From Planctomycetota bacterium (GTDB lineage: Bacteria; Planctomycetota; UBA1135; UBA2386): DNA of 64,000 nt. The notes beneath the pieces are model-generated. The model was given only the letters and a program-made list of their open reading frames with translations, did no database searches and had not been told where the DNA came from. This document shows positions 19,342-30,052 of this stretch, piece after piece. The first letter of the stretch is position 1; each line of letters starts with the position of its first letter. The stretch is taken from the NCBI GenBank assembly GCA_965223545.1, contig OZ245006.1:5056001-5120000 (forward strand), read 5' to 3'. A program made the position numbers and the translations under genes.

Positions 19342-20361
19342 ATGCTGCCGCGTTTCCCTGGCAAGCCGCCGCGTGACCTGAGCCGCCCCCTCGAGCAGCT
19401 CGAGATCCTGATCCCACCGGAGCGCGACGGCGAACGCCTCGACGTCGCGCTGGCGAGCGTCTTGCCGTGGCGTTCGCGCGCCAGTGTGCGCCGGCTGATC
19501 GAGGGAGGATACGTGCGCCTCGACCGCGCCGGCGCCCGTCCTTCGCGCCGGGTCCAGAGTGGCGACGTCGTCGTCGTGCGCATCCCCCGCCCGATCGACC
19601 CGGGGCCGGCGATGCCGGCAGTGGACGCGGTGCCGGTGATCTACCGCGACCGTTGGATGGTCGCCGTGGACAAGCCGGCGGGGATGGCGGTGCACCCGGC
19701 GGGCCGCACCGTCGATGGCACCTTGATCCACTTCCTGCACCGGCAGTACCACCGCGAGGCCGCGGGTGATGGCGAAGTCGCTGTGGTGCCGCGGCTGATG
19801 CACCGGATCGACCGGGAGACCTCGGGAGTCGTCGTGGTCGGTCTCGACGAGCAGTTCCACAGCGCAGTCGCGCGGCAGTTCGAGGATCGCGAGGTCGAGA
19901 AGGAGTATCTGGCGGTGGTGCACGGGCAGCCGACGCCGGCGCAGGGGACGATCGACTTCGGCATCGGACCCGCGGCGCGTTCGGCGGTCCGCCTCAAGCT
20001 CGAGGCGCGGCGCGACGGCACCGGCCTTCCGTCGCTGACGCACTATCGCGTGCTGCGCAGCACCGGCCGCTTCAGCTTGGTCGAGCTGCGGCCGAAGACC
20101 GGTCGCACTCATCAGCTGCGGGTGCACATGGCGGCGATCGGCAACCCGCTGGTGGGCGACAAGATTTACGGTGAGGACGAACAGCTGTTCCTCGCGCACC
20201 TCGAGGGGCGCTTGGCCGCCGAGGACCGCGAGCGGCTGATCCTCGACCGGCACGCGCTGCACGCCCACCGCCTGCGGCTGTACCACCCCTTCGCGGAGCG
20301 GTCGCTCACGCTCGAGGCGGCCCTGCCCGTCGAGCTCGCCCAGCTCGTCTCGCTTCAGTGA
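19342..20361 (+). CDS. RluA/RluD family pseudouridine synthase with S4 domain
   Basis: GERLD, VDKPAGMAVHP, HRIDRETSG and TGRTHQLRVH motifs. Confidence 0.93.
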   Translation: MLPRFPGKPPRDLSRPLEQLEILIPPERDGERLDVALASVLPWRSRASVRRLIEGGYVRLDRAGARPSRRVQSGDVVVVRIPRPIDPGPAMPAVDAVPVIYRDRWMVAVDKPAGMAVHPAGRTVDGTLIHFLHRQYHREAAGDGEVAVVPRLMHRIDRETSGVVVVGLDEQFHSAVARQFEDREVEKEYLAVVHGQPTPAQGTIDFGIGPAARSAVRLKLEARRDGTGLPSLTHYRVLRSTGRFSLVELRPKTGRTHQLRVHMAAIGNPLVGDKIYGEDEQLFLAHLEGRLAAEDRERLILDRHALHAHRLRLYHPFAERSLTLEAALPVELAQLVSLQ

Positions 20362-20582
20362 GCGGATGCGTCGTGTCGGCCCAGGTCGCGGCTCGACGAG
20401 AAGTACGGCGTCACCAGACGGTAGCGATCCGTCCTCCACATCGGGTCGACGCTGCAAACCTCTTCCGTCGGGGGGGTCCCGTCGGTTGCACTCGCCGCGG
20501 GCGGAGGCGCGGCGGGGCGTGGTTGGAGGTGCTCGGCGAGGGCGACGAGCACCCGGTCCTCCGTGTTCTTTGCGTTGGGCAT
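20355..20582 (-). CDS. Small hypothetical protein
   Basis: 75 aa ORF with AGGAG upstream of the ATG. Confidence 0.45.
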   Translation of the reverse strand: MPNAKNTEDRVLVALAEHLQPRPAAPPPAASATDGTPPTEEVCSVDPMWRTDRYRLVTPYFSSSRDLGRHDASAH

Positions 20583-20685
20583 GGCAAGGCTCCTGAGGAC
20601 GAACTCCGCATAGGCTAGGTGAGTGCGGCCGCGGGAGTCAAGAGGTTGGTGGGGGTGAGACCCCCGTCCCGACGGGCGTTTGCGG

Positions 20686-22386
20686 TCAAGAGCACGTGGT
20701 GCCGATGAGGATCGGTACGATCGAGAGGAAGCCGTAGAGCGCCAGGATCGCCCAGCGCTCGCGGCGGAGATCGGTGGCTGGCGCGGCCTGTCGCGGGGTG
20801 CGCGCCGGCGGGCCGTCGCCCGAATCGGCGGGTTCGGCGGGTTCGGCGGGCTCGGTGGTGGTGCCGGAGTCGGCTGGCGTCCGCGCTACGGGTGCCGTGG
20901 TCTCGGTCACCGGGCGGCGGAGGCATCGCTGCAGGCCGAACGCCCCCGCCGCCAGTGCGATCACCGCCCCGACGGAGGAGTCCGCGACCGTGGCGAAGCC
21001 GCCTCCGATCAGGCCGAAGATCGCAGCGAAGCCGAACAGGGCATTGCTCTCGATTGGGGGCGCGTTGCCCTCGTCGGTGAACGGCAGGGCTCGCAGTCCG
21101 CGGGCCGCGAGCGCGGCGGCGACCGCACCGCTGCCGAGCGAGAACAGCGCGAGGTTGGCCGCGGTGAGCGGCGCGATGCCGGCGGCGGCCATCGCCACGA
21201 CGCCGATCGCGTGCAGCGGCAGCAGCACCCGGGTGACCAGCACGACGGTGGTCGCTTGCCGCGCCAGGCCGAGACACTCGCCGGGGGGGCTCGTGGCAAA
21301 CACCCACCGTCCGCGCTCCTGGTCGGCATGCGCCAAGAACGCCACCAGCAGCGGTGAATAGATCGCCGGAAACTGCATCGCGATGCCGATCAGGATCAGC
21401 TGGCCGCGGGCCTCGGCGCCGGCCAGCGACAGGCCGATCATCGCGGCGGGCAAGCCGAACAACGGCAGCACCTTGGCCCGGAAGCTGGCGCTGCGGTACA
21501 GCATCGTGGCGGTGAAGGCGGTCACGCCGAGCAGAGGGCCTTCGCCGACCAGCCAGCGCTCGAGTCGATGCAGGCCGTTCCATCGCCGGCTGCGCCCCGC
21601 GCGCCGGCGTCGGGTCGGTCGCTGGAGGAAGATGGAAAGCAGGTAGAGCACAGCGCCGCAGCCGGCCAGCCGCAGCGTGTTGAGCGCCGGGTCATGCCCC
21701 GCGAGGAGGCGACCCGCCCAATACGGCGGCCATAGGTCGGCGGCGGCGCGGCCGCCGGGGATGTCGTCGGCGGTGCCGCCGAGGTGGCGCAGGCACAGCG
21801 CGAATCCGACGAAGCCCAACGCCAGGAGCACGGCCTTCAGCGTGCCGCCGAGCAGCGCCGCCTGGCCGGCGCCGAGCCAGCGCGCGGCCGCGGCTTGCAG
21901 GCATGACAGCGCGCCGGCGGCGATCGCGGCGAGCGCGCACGCGAGCGCCAGATAGCCGCCCACCGCCAGCAGGCTTCCGTCTGCCACCCAGAACATCAGG
22001 ATGGCCGGGGCCAGCGAGATGCCGATTGCGATGCCGAACAGGGTGAAGCTGGCGTGCGCGGCGCGCGCCAGGGCGATCGCGTAAGGGCTCAGTGGGGCCG
22101 TGCGCAACAGTGCGTGGTCGGCGCGTTCGCGCTGCAGGCGGTCGGTGTCGCCGAGGACCGACAGGCCCATCAGCAGCGTCGAAAGGCTGAGGTTGGCGGT
22201 GGCGTACGCGACCAGCGCGTGCTCGCCGTGCTCGTCGAACAACAGCCCCGCCATTGCCAGTCCGAGAAACGACTGGCCGAAGATGGTCGTCGTCAGGCTA
22301 CTGCCGGGGCTGCCCGTGCGGCGGCTGTCGCCGAAGAAGTCGAGCAGCAGCCAGGTGTGGACCAGGGCTTTGACCTGTCGCATCAC
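20686..22386 (-). CDS. Multi-pass membrane protein (ABC-2 permease-like)
   Basis: Many TM segments in two blocks; start overlaps the stop of the FIST gene. Confidence 0.7.
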   Translation of the reverse strand: MMRQVKALVHTWLLLDFFGDSRRTGSPGSSLTTTIFGQSFLGLAMAGLLFDEHGEHALVAYATANLSLSTLLMGLSVLGDTDRLQRERADHALLRTAPLSPYAIALARAAHASFTLFGIAIGISLAPAILMFWVADGSLLAVGGYLALACALAAIAAGALSCLQAAAARWLGAGQAALLGGTLKAVLLALGFVGFALCLRHLGGTADDIPGGRAAADLWPPYWAGRLLAGHDPALNTLRLAGCGAVLYLLSIFLQRPTRRRRAGRSRRWNGLHRLERWLVGEGPLLGVTAFTATMLYRSASFRAKVLPLFGLPAAMIGLSLAGAEARGQLILIGIAMQFPAIYSPLLVAFLAHADQERGRWVFATSPPGECLGLARQATTVVLVTRVLLPLHAIGVVAMAAAGIAPLTAANLALFSLGSGAVAAALAARGLRALPFTDEGNAPPIESNALFGFAAIFGLIGGGFATVADSSVGAVIALAAGAFGLQRCLRRPVTETTAPVARTPADSGTTTEPAEPAEPADSGDGPPARTPRQAAPATDLRRERWAILALYGFLSIVPILIGTTCS

Positions 22387-23555
22387 TGCGCGGGCGAGAA
22401 CAACGCGAACGAGGAGGTGTAGCCGTGCAGGTGTGTCGTGCCGCCGACCGGGCCGATCTCACCGTTGCAGAAGAACCCGCCCAGCGGTGTGCCGGCGAAA
22501 CGGGAGTGAAACACGCGCGAGTCGTGGTCCGCGTCGCCGTAGAACTTCTGCCCGCGTCCGGTGCACGAGAACATCAGCGCGCCGGCCGGGCTGGTGCGCG
22601 CTTCGGCCAGCACCTGCTCCAGGTCGCTGTGGCTGGCGTCGGCGTCCCGCAAGTGGAACTGCACGGCCTTGCCGGTGCCGAGTTCGCCGGCGACGCGCAG
22701 GCGGCGCGAACGCTCGTCGTAATCGGTGATGAAGCGGAGCAGGTAGTCGCCGGCTGCGGGCGGCGACGCGGCAAACGGATCCATCGCGATGCCGAGAAAC
22801 AGCGGCGCGCTGCGCGCGAGCTCGAGATCGCGGGCGCCCAAGCCGTCGAGTTGGGCGTGCAAGAACTTGCCGGCCGGCACGCGGTCGATCTCGATCAGCT
22901 CGTGGCCCTCGCAGCGGGTGATCCGGCCGACCTTGCCGAACGGCTTGCAGCCCTGCGCGACGCGCGCCTCGACAACTGCCGCGCCGCGCACCGCCAGGAC
23001 GGCGGCGCCGGCGCGGGCCACGCGACGGTCGATGGCCAGGGCGTGGCCGCCCGCCACTCGGCTGCCGCTCGCCAACCCGCCGATCACCGGCGCCTCGGGG
23101 TAGGCGAAGTCCAGCCCCGCCAGCAGCTGGGGCACCGCAATGCTGAACGGGTCGGCGAGCACGACGAGTGCTCGGGTGTCGTCGCGCGGACTGCCGACGC
23201 GGTCGGCCCAGCTGTCGGGCGGGGCATCGGGACTGGGCAGGTCGGCGTGTTCGACGTGGGCGGTGTGCAGGGTGCACCGAGGCAGTGACGCCAAGGTCAG
23301 GCTCACGGCCCGCTCGGTCTCCACCTCTCGCCCTCCGCCGACGACCCCAGCGCCGCTGCAGCCGATGACGCGGGCCGCCCCGGTGTGCTCGGCGATCAGG
23401 ACACCGGCGGCTTCGAGGTTTTGGTAGCTCGCGGAGAAGAAGGCGAAGCAGACGTCGGTGCTGACCCCCTGCATCCCGGCCCGCGCGTCCGCGGCGGCGG
23501 CGGCGCAGGCTTCGTCGAGCTCTGTCGCCGTGCTGATCGCCGAGCTGAAGCGCAT
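22383..23555 (-). CDS. FIST domain protein
   Basis: IGCSGAGVVG, LADPFS, IGGLAS, AQGCKP, FSCTGRG and GFFCNGEIGP motifs. Confidence 0.9.
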   Translation of the reverse strand: MRFSSAISTATELDEACAAAAADARAGMQGVSTDVCFAFFSASYQNLEAAGVLIAEHTGAARVIGCSGAGVVGGGREVETERAVSLTLASLPRCTLHTAHVEHADLPSPDAPPDSWADRVGSPRDDTRALVVLADPFSIAVPQLLAGLDFAYPEAPVIGGLASGSRVAGGHALAIDRRVARAGAAVLAVRGAAVVEARVAQGCKPFGKVGRITRCEGHELIEIDRVPAGKFLHAQLDGLGARDLELARSAPLFLGIAMDPFAASPPAAGDYLLRFITDYDERSRRLRVAGELGTGKAVQFHLRDADASHSDLEQVLAEARTSPAGALMFSCTGRGQKFYGDADHDSRVFHSRFAGTPLGGFFCNGEIGPVGGTTHLHGYTSSFALFSPAQ

Positions 23556-23699
23556 GGCCGCGGCACGATACCGAGTTGGGGTCCCCGTTGCGATTGCCGC
23601 CGCGCTTCTGAACACTGACATTCGAGCGCGTTCGCGAAACTCCGCCGGCTTCCGGCCGTTGACCGCGTCCTTCTGTTGACCATGGACGGGAGTGTTGGC

Positions 23700-24329
23700 A
23701 TGTCCCGATTGCTTGGCCTGGCCGGGGTGGTGACCCTGGCGGTGACCCTGTTTCGTCTCTTCGCGGAGCTCAACGGCTGGAGTGCGCTCTGGGCGTCGAG
23801 CGAGGGCGGCGGGCCCGGTGCGCTGATCGGCATCGTCTGGCTCATCTTCGTGTTCGGGGCAGTCTTCGGAGCGCGCCTGGCCCGACAGGGGCGCGCGCCA
23901 GAACGTCCCGGTCGCGCCGCCGGCATCGTGGCCGCGATCAGCGTCGGCGCCGTGGCGCTGGGCGTGGTGTCGTTGGGGGCGCTCGGTGGCCCCGAGCAGG
24001 CGTTCCCGCAGGTGTTGCCCATCAACTTCGCGATCTACGTGGTCGCCGCGGTTCTCGTTGCGCGGGTCTGGCCCGCGCTGGCCCGCGTCAATGCGATCTA
24101 CGGCGTGATCGCGCGCGTACCGGTGGTGGTCCTCACCGTGATCGCGGTCTCCCAGAACTGGGGCACGCACTACGAGAAGCTCGGTGGCGGCGATGGCGTG
24201 GTGATGGAGCCGGTCGCACGGACGGCGTGGCTCTGTGCGGCGCAGCTCTTCGTTTGGATTCCGTTCACCATCAACTTCGGTGGACTCGCCGGGTGCGTCG
24301 CGGCGTGGTGGGTGTCGCGTCGGCGGTGA
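23700..24329 (+). CDS. Hypothetical membrane protein
   Basis: About 6 hydrophobic segments; start approximate. Confidence 0.7.
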   Translation: MSRLLGLAGVVTLAVTLFRLFAELNGWSALWASSEGGGPGALIGIVWLIFVFGAVFGARLARQGRAPERPGRAAGIVAAISVGAVALGVVSLGALGGPEQAFPQVLPINFAIYVVAAVLVARVWPALARVNAIYGVIARVPVVVLTVIAVSQNWGTHYEKLGGGDGVVMEPVARTAWLCAAQLFVWIPFTINFGGLAGCVAAWWVSRRR

Positions 24330-24395
24330 GCTCCGCGGTGCGCGGGGCCACCCGGGCTTGGCCCACCTGACGCCAACGGCTACGGTCCGCCCGCC

Positions 24396-25172
24396 GTGGA
24401 TGTTCTGTTGGTCAGTGGGCGCACCTCGGGCGGGCCGTCGGCCTGTCAGCGGCGCGCGGCGCGGTTGGCGACTGCCTTGGTCGGCGCGGGGCACGCAGTG
24501 CGTTGGTTGCGTCCGGTGGGCTCGAACGGTTCCGTCGAGCGTGCCGACGACCTTGCCGAGACGGTGGAGGTGCTCGACGTGCCCACCCGCATGCCGCCGT
24601 TCGCCGCGGTGCAAGCGCGCGTGTCGGATCCGGCCACCGAGCGGGAGTTCGGCCGTGCCGTCCGCGCCCGGCTGCCCGACGTGGCGCACGTCCTCGCGCT
24701 CGGCGCGGGCAGCTCGGCGTTGCTGCCATGGATCGCCGAACGGCTCGGCGTGCCGTGCCTCGCCAGCGTCGACGTCGCCAGCCTGTTGTGCCACCGGGGA
24801 ACACTGGTCGACGAGACCGGCGCCGCCTGCGCCGCGTGGCGCGACCCCGCGCGGTGCGCCGAGTGTTGCACGACGCCCTGGGAGAACGGTCTCGACCCGA
24901 CGGCAGCGCGGCGCGCCCGCTCGTGGCCTTGGACCTGGTCGCGGTTTGCGGCGTGGTCGCCCTACCCCAAGCCCTACGACTTCATCAATCGCCTCGACGT
25001 CGCGATCGGCGGCTGCCAGTCCGCACTCCTATCGCTGGTCGCGACCGAAGCCGAGGCCGACCGACTCACGGCAGCTGGTGTCGATCGCCGGCGGATCGAG
25101 GTCGTCGCCGGCCTGGACGACGTCACCCACGTCCTCCCGCACTACCACCGCATCGCGAAGGCGACCGTCTAG
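24396..25172 (+). CDS. Glycosyltransferase family 4 N-terminal-like protein
   Basis: LATALVGAGHAV, PDVAHV and Cys-rich LCHRG..C..CAEC segment. Confidence 0.55.
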   Translation: MDVLLVSGRTSGGPSACQRRAARLATALVGAGHAVRWLRPVGSNGSVERADDLAETVEVLDVPTRMPPFAAVQARVSDPATEREFGRAVRARLPDVAHVLALGAGSSALLPWIAERLGVPCLASVDVASLLCHRGTLVDETGAACAAWRDPARCAECCTTPWENGLDPTAARRARSWPWTWSRFAAWSPYPKPYDFINRLDVAIGGCQSALLSLVATEAEADRLTAAGVDRRRIEVVAGLDDVTHVLPHYHRIAKATV

Positions 25173-25276
25173 CACGTACGGAGCCAGGCTCGCAATCATC
25201 ACTTCGCGGTGCCTCGCCGGCCGATGGCCGGCGAGGCACCGCGAAGTGATGATTGCGAGCCTGGCTCCGTACGTGC
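25172..25276. repeat. Perfect palindrome with 51-bp arms and a 3-nt loop
   Basis: 25172-25222 is the exact reverse complement of 25226-25276; loop GAT. Confidence 0.95.
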
Positions 25277-25286
25277 ATTCTGCGTC

Positions 25287-27143
25287 ATGCGCGATTCCTC
25301 CCGCCGCCGCTACCTGCGTTTTCGTCGTGACTTCTTCGAGAAGCGGTTGGCGACCATGCTGCCGCAAGCGGAGTCGGCGCGCGGTGGGCTGCGCCGCTAC
25401 TTTCGCTGGTTGAAGGGGCACTGGGGGGCGATCAGCGGCAACGTCACTCTGGCGCTCGTCGTCGCCGGGCTCGAGTCGCTGCATCCGCTGTTCCTCAAAC
25501 ACATCGTCGACGGCGTGCTGCTGCCGGTCGAGATGACGACCGAGCAGCGCCTGCGTGCGCTGCACTGGGCCGGCGGGATCTTCTTGGCGGTGGTGGTCGT
25601 CGGCCAGCTGCTGCAGTTGATGCGGAACTACCACCAGCGCCAACTCAACGTTCGCCTGACCCTGTCGCTGCGGCGCCAATTGTACGAGCGCATCCTGCAC
25701 CTGCCGGTGCGCACGCTGCACGAGATGAAGACCGGGGGCGTGATCTCGCGGGTCACCAGCGACGTCGACACGACGACGGGACTGTTGCAGCTCGCCTTGA
25801 TCTCGCCGGGCGTGTCGGCGGTGCGGTTGTTGATCGCGTTCGGCATCCTGTTCGCGCTGAACTGGCGCTTGGCGCTGACCGCACTGGCGGTGTTGCCAGG
25901 GATCGCGTTGGTCAGCTTCTGGTCGGCGCGCCGGATCCGCCCGATCTACCGGGATCTGCGCAAGGACGCTGCCGCGGTCGACGCCAGAGTCAGTGAGGCG
26001 GCGGGGGGCATCCGCGTCGTGCGCGCGTTCCAACGCGAGCGACGCGAGCTGTTGGCGTTCTCGGTCGGGCGACACACGATGGTGCGCAAGCAGCTGTTCG
26101 CGCACCGCCGAGAGCTCGTGTTGTGGACCGCGTGGGGGCTGATGCTCGCGGCGGTCAACGTGATCATCGTTTGGTTCGGCGGCTATCTGCAGATCACCTC
26201 GACGGCGAGCGTCGGTGACATCATGGCGTTTCAGTGGTACACGTTCATGCTGCTGACACCGGTGTGGCAGATCGTCAACTCCTTCTCCGAGCTGCAGCGG
26301 TCACTGGCGGCGATGGAGCGCGTGTTCGAGATATTGGCGATGCCGCCCGAGATGCCGGATCAGCCCGCTGCGCGGCCGGCGCCGACTGTCGTCGAGGAGC
26401 TCCGTTTCGAAGGCGTGAGCTTCGGCTACGGCGATGGAGAGGCGGTGTTGCATGACATCGACGTCGCGGTGCCGGGTGGGTCCGTGGTTGCGCTGGTCGG
26501 GCGTAGCGGAGCGGGCAAGAGCACGATGGTCGACCTCGTGGCGCGGTTGCATGATCCGACCCGGGGCCGCGTCACGCTCAACGGCACCGACCTGCGCGAC
26601 TACACGCTGCGCTCATACCGCGAACGGCTCGGTGTCGTGCAGCAAGACGTGTTCTTGTTCGACGGCACGATCGCCGAGAACATCCGCTACGGGCGGCAGG
26701 GGGCAACCGACGCCGAGATCGAGGAGGCGGCGCGGCGCGCCAATGCGGACGAATTCGTCACCGCGTTGCCGGATGGCTATGACACCGTGGTCGGCGAGCG
26801 CGGCGTCAAGCTCTCCGGCGGGCAGTGCCAGCGGTTGTCGATCGCGCGCGCGATCTTGGCGGCTCCACAGATCCTGATCTTGGACGAGGCGACCAGCGCG
26901 TTGGATACCGAGAGCGAGCAGGCGATCCAAGGCGCGTTGCGCGCGGTGTTCCGCGGGCGGACGACGTTCGTCGTCGCGCATCGGCTGTCCACGATTACCA
27001 CTGCGGATCTGATCCTCGTGCTCGACGGCGGTCGGATCGTCGAGCGTGGCCGGCACGCCGACTTGATGGCGCGGCGCGGTGCGTACTACCAAATGGTGCA
27101 ACGCCAGCACCGCGCGACGCGCGGCGACCCGGCACACTCCTGA
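25287..27143 (+). CDS. ABC transporter fused permease/ATP-binding protein (MsbA/MdlB-like)
   Basis: TM domain followed by GRSGAGKST, LSGGQCQR, LILDEATS and VAHRLST motifs. Confidence 0.93.
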   Translation: MRDSSRRRYLRFRRDFFEKRLATMLPQAESARGGLRRYFRWLKGHWGAISGNVTLALVVAGLESLHPLFLKHIVDGVLLPVEMTTEQRLRALHWAGGIFLAVVVVGQLLQLMRNYHQRQLNVRLTLSLRRQLYERILHLPVRTLHEMKTGGVISRVTSDVDTTTGLLQLALISPGVSAVRLLIAFGILFALNWRLALTALAVLPGIALVSFWSARRIRPIYRDLRKDAAAVDARVSEAAGGIRVVRAFQRERRELLAFSVGRHTMVRKQLFAHRRELVLWTAWGLMLAAVNVIIVWFGGYLQITSTASVGDIMAFQWYTFMLLTPVWQIVNSFSELQRSLAAMERVFEILAMPPEMPDQPAARPAPTVVEELRFEGVSFGYGDGEAVLHDIDVAVPGGSVVALVGRSGAGKSTMVDLVARLHDPTRGRVTLNGTDLRDYTLRSYRERLGVVQQDVFLFDGTIAENIRYGRQGATDAEIEEAARRANADEFVTALPDGYDTVVGERGVKLSGGQCQRLSIARAILAAPQILILDEATSALDTESEQAIQGALRAVFRGRTTFVVAHRLSTITTADLILVLDGGRIVERGRHADLMARRGAYYQMVQRQHRATRGDPAHS

Positions 27144-27174
27144 CCGGCGTGACGCGTCTTTCGTGCGCCCGCCG

Positions 27175-28533
27175 TCATTTGGCGTCGAGCAGCTTCTGCA
27201 GCTGGAACTCGATGTGTTGCAGCTGTGCTTCGATGCGATCCAGGCGGTCGCTGTCCGCCCCCGGTGTGACTGCCGGATCGGGCATCCGTGGCTCTGGTTG
27301 GGGTGGGCCGGAGGGCTGCACTTTGTTCAGGTCTTCGCGCACGACGAAACCCGGTGGTTGTGTTCTCCAGGCTTCCTGCCGTTGCATGAATCCCGCTCCG
27401 AGCAGGAACAGCCGATCCGTGTCCTCTGGCGTGAAATTGTCGACGGCGAGCTCGAGTCCGTCCGGCATGGTGACGAAGCGGAACTCGGCTCCCCACGCCC
27501 GCGACAGCAGGTAGAGATGGAGCACGTGCTCGGACACCATGGTGTAGCTCATCATGGTCACCGTGCGCAGCGCGATGCCGAGGGTGTCGCGTTGGACGTC
27601 GACCGGGCACGGACGCAGTGAGCCGTTGTGGATCACGTACATGGTCACGTCCACGTCGTCCCACGAGATACCGGCGCGCTCCGCGGACAGGTAGCCGTCG
27701 AACACGTTCTGCGGGACGAACAGCGGGCGCATCACCGCCCCATCGGCGTGCAGCTCGTCGCGATCGTCGTGCGTGAACCGGACCGGCGGATAGACCACTG
27801 GAATCGACGCCGAAGCGGTCAACACGCGCCGGAACAACTCCAAGGCTTCGTCCGTGCGCCGCACGGCGATCGCGCCCATGTCCCAGACGACGAAGTCGCC
27901 GACATCGAGGTTGGTCGATCCGACGAACAACCGGCGGCCTTGTTCGTGCTTGGTGGCGACGGCTTCGAGCAGGGACCGGTCGACCGCCTCGGCGATCGAA
28001 GCGCGTAGCGGTCGATTGTCGGCGAGCGACTCGTCCCACAGCACCGAGGCGAGCAGCCCCTTCTCGCGGTGCATGTCCTGCGGCTCGATGCGACGGAACA
28101 GCTGCTCGATGCGCGCATCGAAAGCGGGTCCAGCGAACGCGAACGGAGCCAGCAAGGCACCGACGCTGACGCCCGTGACGAGCCAGAAGTCGGGCCGGTC
28201 CCCCCGCCGCGACCACTCGGTGAGGATGCCGGCGCCGAAGGCGCCGTTGACCCCGCCAGAGCTCAGCACGAGCATGTCGTAGGCGCGCCGCCCGCGCAGA
28301 CCGGGATCCGTGCGCGCCAGCTCGGCAACGGCCGCGTCGAAGTTGGCCTGGATCGCGTCGCTGGGGTAGCCGTCGATGCCCCGGACATCTTCGAAGCCGG
28401 CGATCGGTGCGACGACGCCGTGCCGTTCCGACACGATCGCGGTGCGCAGCGGCCATCCACAGCCTGCCGCTACGACGAGTGGGGCACTCACCAACAAGGC
28501 GAAGCCAGGCGCGAAGCCGAGTTTGGACAGCAT
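27175..28533 (-). CDS. Patatin-like phospholipase lipoprotein
   Basis: SSGGVNGAFGAG, GVSVG and DGA motifs; lipobox AAGC. Confidence 0.88.
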   Translation of the reverse strand: MLSKLGFAPGFALLVSAPLVVAAGCGWPLRTAIVSERHGVVAPIAGFEDVRGIDGYPSDAIQANFDAAVAELARTDPGLRGRRAYDMLVLSSGGVNGAFGAGILTEWSRRGDRPDFWLVTGVSVGALLAPFAFAGPAFDARIEQLFRRIEPQDMHREKGLLASVLWDESLADNRPLRASIAEAVDRSLLEAVATKHEQGRRLFVGSTNLDVGDFVVWDMGAIAVRRTDEALELFRRVLTASASIPVVYPPVRFTHDDRDELHADGAVMRPLFVPQNVFDGYLSAERAGISWDDVDVTMYVIHNGSLRPCPVDVQRDTLGIALRTVTMMSYTMVSEHVLHLYLLSRAWGAEFRFVTMPDGLELAVDNFTPEDTDRLFLLGAGFMQRQEAWRTQPPGFVVREDLNKVQPSGPPQPEPRMPDPAVTPGADSDRLDRIEAQLQHIEFQLQKLLDAK

Positions 28534-28644
28534 GCGCGCAGCTTAGCCAGCCACGTGGCGTCCCGGCAATTCACTCCGCGAACGGGCGCGACTGGGCCGC
28601 GCAAAACGCGTAACTTGCCCCGGTCCTTCGCCGATGGAGTCCAC

Positions 28645-29253
28645 ATGGCCTCGCTGACCAAGTACTTCCTGCGTGGCACGCTGGTGCTGATCCCACTCCT
28701 GGTGACCGGCTACGTGATCTGGTTGGTCGCGACCACGATGGGCCCACTGGTCAAGTGGGTGGGTGATGCGGTCGGTGGCCCGGCAGTCAGCGACGTGATG
28801 CAGTACGTGCTCGGCACACTCGTCACGTTGGCTGGAGTCACCCTGCTGGGACGGTTCGCCTCGAACTACCTCGGCGCCAAGCTGATCACCTGGCTCGAGC
28901 AGCTGGTCGAGAAGGTGCCACTGGTCAAGCTGCTGCACGGCTCGGTGCGGGATCTGCTCGGCGCGTTCGTCGGCGACGAGAAGAGCTTCGACCGGCCGGT
29001 GATGGTGCGCCTCGACGGCGGCGCGGCGGTCGTGGGGTTCGTCACCCGCGACGACCTGAGTTTCCTCGGCGCGACCGATCACGTCGCCGTGTACCTGCCG
29101 CAGTCCTACAACTTCGCCGGCAATCTCATCGTCGTGCCCGGCGATCGCGTGCAGAGCCTCGACGCGCCGAGCTCGGCCGTCATGGCGTTTCTGGTGTCAG
29201 GCGGCGTCTCTGCCAAGAAGGAGGACGCCGCCGGCAAGGCGACGGCCTCTTGA
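28645..29253 (+). CDS. DUF502 family membrane protein
   Basis: YFLRG..IPL, KVPLVK, GFVT, VYLPQSYNFAG and VSGG motifs. Confidence 0.88.
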   Translation: MASLTKYFLRGTLVLIPLLVTGYVIWLVATTMGPLVKWVGDAVGGPAVSDVMQYVLGTLVTLAGVTLLGRFASNYLGAKLITWLEQLVEKVPLVKLLHGSVRDLLGAFVGDEKSFDRPVMVRLDGGAAVVGFVTRDDLSFLGATDHVAVYLPQSYNFAGNLIVVPGDRVQSLDAPSSAVMAFLVSGGVSAKKEDAAGKATAS

Positions 29254-29759
29254 GCGTCCGGCGCCTCGAATCGTCGAGCTGCGACAACATTTTCGAGGCG
29301 ACGTCGCTGCCATGGCGACAATGCCGCCGCGCCGGAGGCTCGGAGAGACAGTGCCTCCTGGCTCAGCGCGGCGGCGGATGGGTCGGACCTTCCAAAGCGC
29401 TCCGGCAAGAGCGGCATCCGAGTTTGGTTGCGGCCGTGGCCGCGCTGAGCCTCCGGCGCCTCGAATCTTCGAGCTTCGACAACATTCTCGAGGCGACGTC
29501 GCTGCCATGGCGACAACGCCGCCGCGCCGGAGGCTCGGAGAGACAGTGCCTCCTGGCTCAGCGCGGCGGCGGATGGGTCAGGCCTTCAAAGCCGCTCCGG
29601 AAAAAGCGGCATCCGAGTTTGGTTGCGGCCGTGGCCGCGCTGAGCCTCAGGGTCCGCAAATCTTCGCGCGGCGACAACCTTTCGGAAGGCTCGATGCCGC
29701 TGGAACTTCGACCACGCAGCTCCCGGAGGCTTCCATGAGAGGGGCGATCCCGTCAACAG

Positions 29760-30050
29760 CTCTTTGTCTGTGGATCTGTTCTTCTTGAGAATCTGGGCGC
29801 CTTGGCGCCGCCCTGCGCGACAAGCTTCGGACTCCGCAGGCTTCCATACGCACTCTGATGGCCTCGTCCGAGACCGGTGCACGATGAGATCCGTCCGACC
29901 CGGCGCAGCTTTCTCGATAACGGCCTCGAGGGCCAAGCCTCCGGTCGCTGTCGCCGGGATCGGGCGGTGAGTCTTCAGCAGTGCAGGAGCGGCATCACGC
30001 CAGGTTCCTCCACGGTATTCGGTTGGTTGGGGGTGGGGCGATCATGGTTG
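29760..30050 (-). ncRNA. Putative bridge/seek RNA of the IS110 element (boundaries approximate)
   Basis: Two stem-closed loops containing sequences that match the target flanks and the donor junction. Confidence 0.65.
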
Positions 30051-30052
30051 GG

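Noticed and set aside
20825..20856. 9-bp tandem repeat
   Set aside because: It is an in-frame (EPA)n low-complexity linker in a membrane protein, with no sign of phase variation
29251..29700. CRISPR array or coding repeat (ORFs 29250-29738 and 29106-29516)
   Set aside because: Units are 195 bp and repeated in full with no unique spacers; no cas genes are present; the ORFs are translations of the repeat with no recognisable domain
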